Positions 63,031 to 64,000 of a stretch of 64,000 nt of DNA are shown in pieces. The position numbers and the translations under genes are program-made. The notes under the pieces were generated by a model. The model saw nothing but the letters and a program-made list of their open reading frames with translations. It was not told the DNA's origin and made no database searches. The stretch spans positions 783,012 through 847,011 of the forward strand of contig NMRA01000134.1 of NCBI GenBank assembly GCA_002633005.1, in the 5' to 3' direction. How positions within the stretch are numbered: the stretch's first letter is position 1; each line of letters begins with the position of its first letter. The stretch comes from Phoronis australis. Taxonomy: Eukaryota > Animalia > Phoronida.

Positions 63031-64000
63031 TCTGGTCGTTCCCCCGTCCATCGTCTCATCTGCAATCTTCAAGCCCTTAGAAATATCCGTTTCCTTTTGT
63101 TCTAATTTGAATTAGAGCCCGGGAAATTTTATCAAGCCGTAGATGCAACAGCCGTTTGTGCCGCTTTCGACGGCCTGATTACGAAATTTAGGAATTGTCC
63201 AGGCGACTATAATTTTTTTTTCAAAATCTTGACAGAAACTTTAAAAGGGTAGATAGCGATGATGCGGAGTCAAGTCATGGCATGGCGAGCACCAGTGTGT
63301 TAATAGCGTTACAGTTGGTAAGTGAGCAAAACACACGAACCATTGCCCGGGATGTTCAGGAAAATAATGACAACGACCCCAATTGGTGGATGGTTTTCAG
63401 GGGAAAAAATTTATTCGCAGGAAATACATTTTTTAGCAGAATTTTTTTTCTTAATATTTGGAAAATTCAATGTCACCATTGGAACTTCGAATACCCTGCT
63501 GCGCATCCCCCCACCCCTTGACCCCAGGTCGTATGCAAAAGTATTCCCATTCAATTGCCCCAGCCAATGAAGACGCTCAACAGTTTCCAAAGCAAACGAT
63601 CCAATGGCTAGATTGTGACGTAATTTTCAGTGGGCACATACATTAAAAATGGCGTAACCTGAACAATTCTCGAAAATACAGAATTGTAGGCTTATAGGCC
63701 TATTTCGAACGGACTACACAAATTGATCCATTTCATGGTCGAAAGCACACATATTTATCGTTTGCTTCATTGGGCATAGCAACTACCGAAGGTAAAGTTC
63801 TGAATTGCGAAAACTTAGGCAGAACTTTGTTGCAGGAATATTGTGCCTATTCCCAGCTCTCTATAAATAACTATTAATAGGCATGTTGTTACTTGTCTGT
63901 GCCCTATTGTCAGGTACTTGCTACTGTGAGATACGTGGACTCCGTCCTGCTACACCGGCAAAAGTCTTGTACTGTGTTGCTTCTTCCGGTGGCTATTTTG

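Overview
Eukaryotic (animal, probably invertebrate) genomic DNA from a draft assembly, with two N gaps (16438-17190, 39387-40075) and several single-N joins. Two spliced host genes lie on the + strand. The first is the 3' end of a KIF21-family kinesin (three WD40-repeat exons, stop at 3174-3176). The second is an almost complete PDE9-family cGMP phosphodiesterase (ATG at 37747, 16 in-phase exon positions up to 62497, about 534 codons) with a tandem-duplicated, probably mutually exclusive, 114-nt catalytic-domain exon pair (58945-59058 and 59122-59235). The intergenic and intronic DNA is full of transposon debris: two Kolobok-type elements (TTAA TSD), a P-like THAP element (7-bp TSD), an ISL2EU/Harbinger transposase fossil, a Polinton/adintovirus-like polymerase N-terminal fossil, a Helentron-associated repeat carrying an array of CTCF-like motifs, nested MITEs and several minisatellites. 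The most unusual signal is in PDE9 intron 1. Inside the P-like element, a small acidic PHD-finger-like (non-histone) ORF on the - strand is followed directly by two canonical histone-mRNA 3' stem-loops and a purine-rich downstream element. All family assignments come from manual translation and remembered motifs, not database searches.
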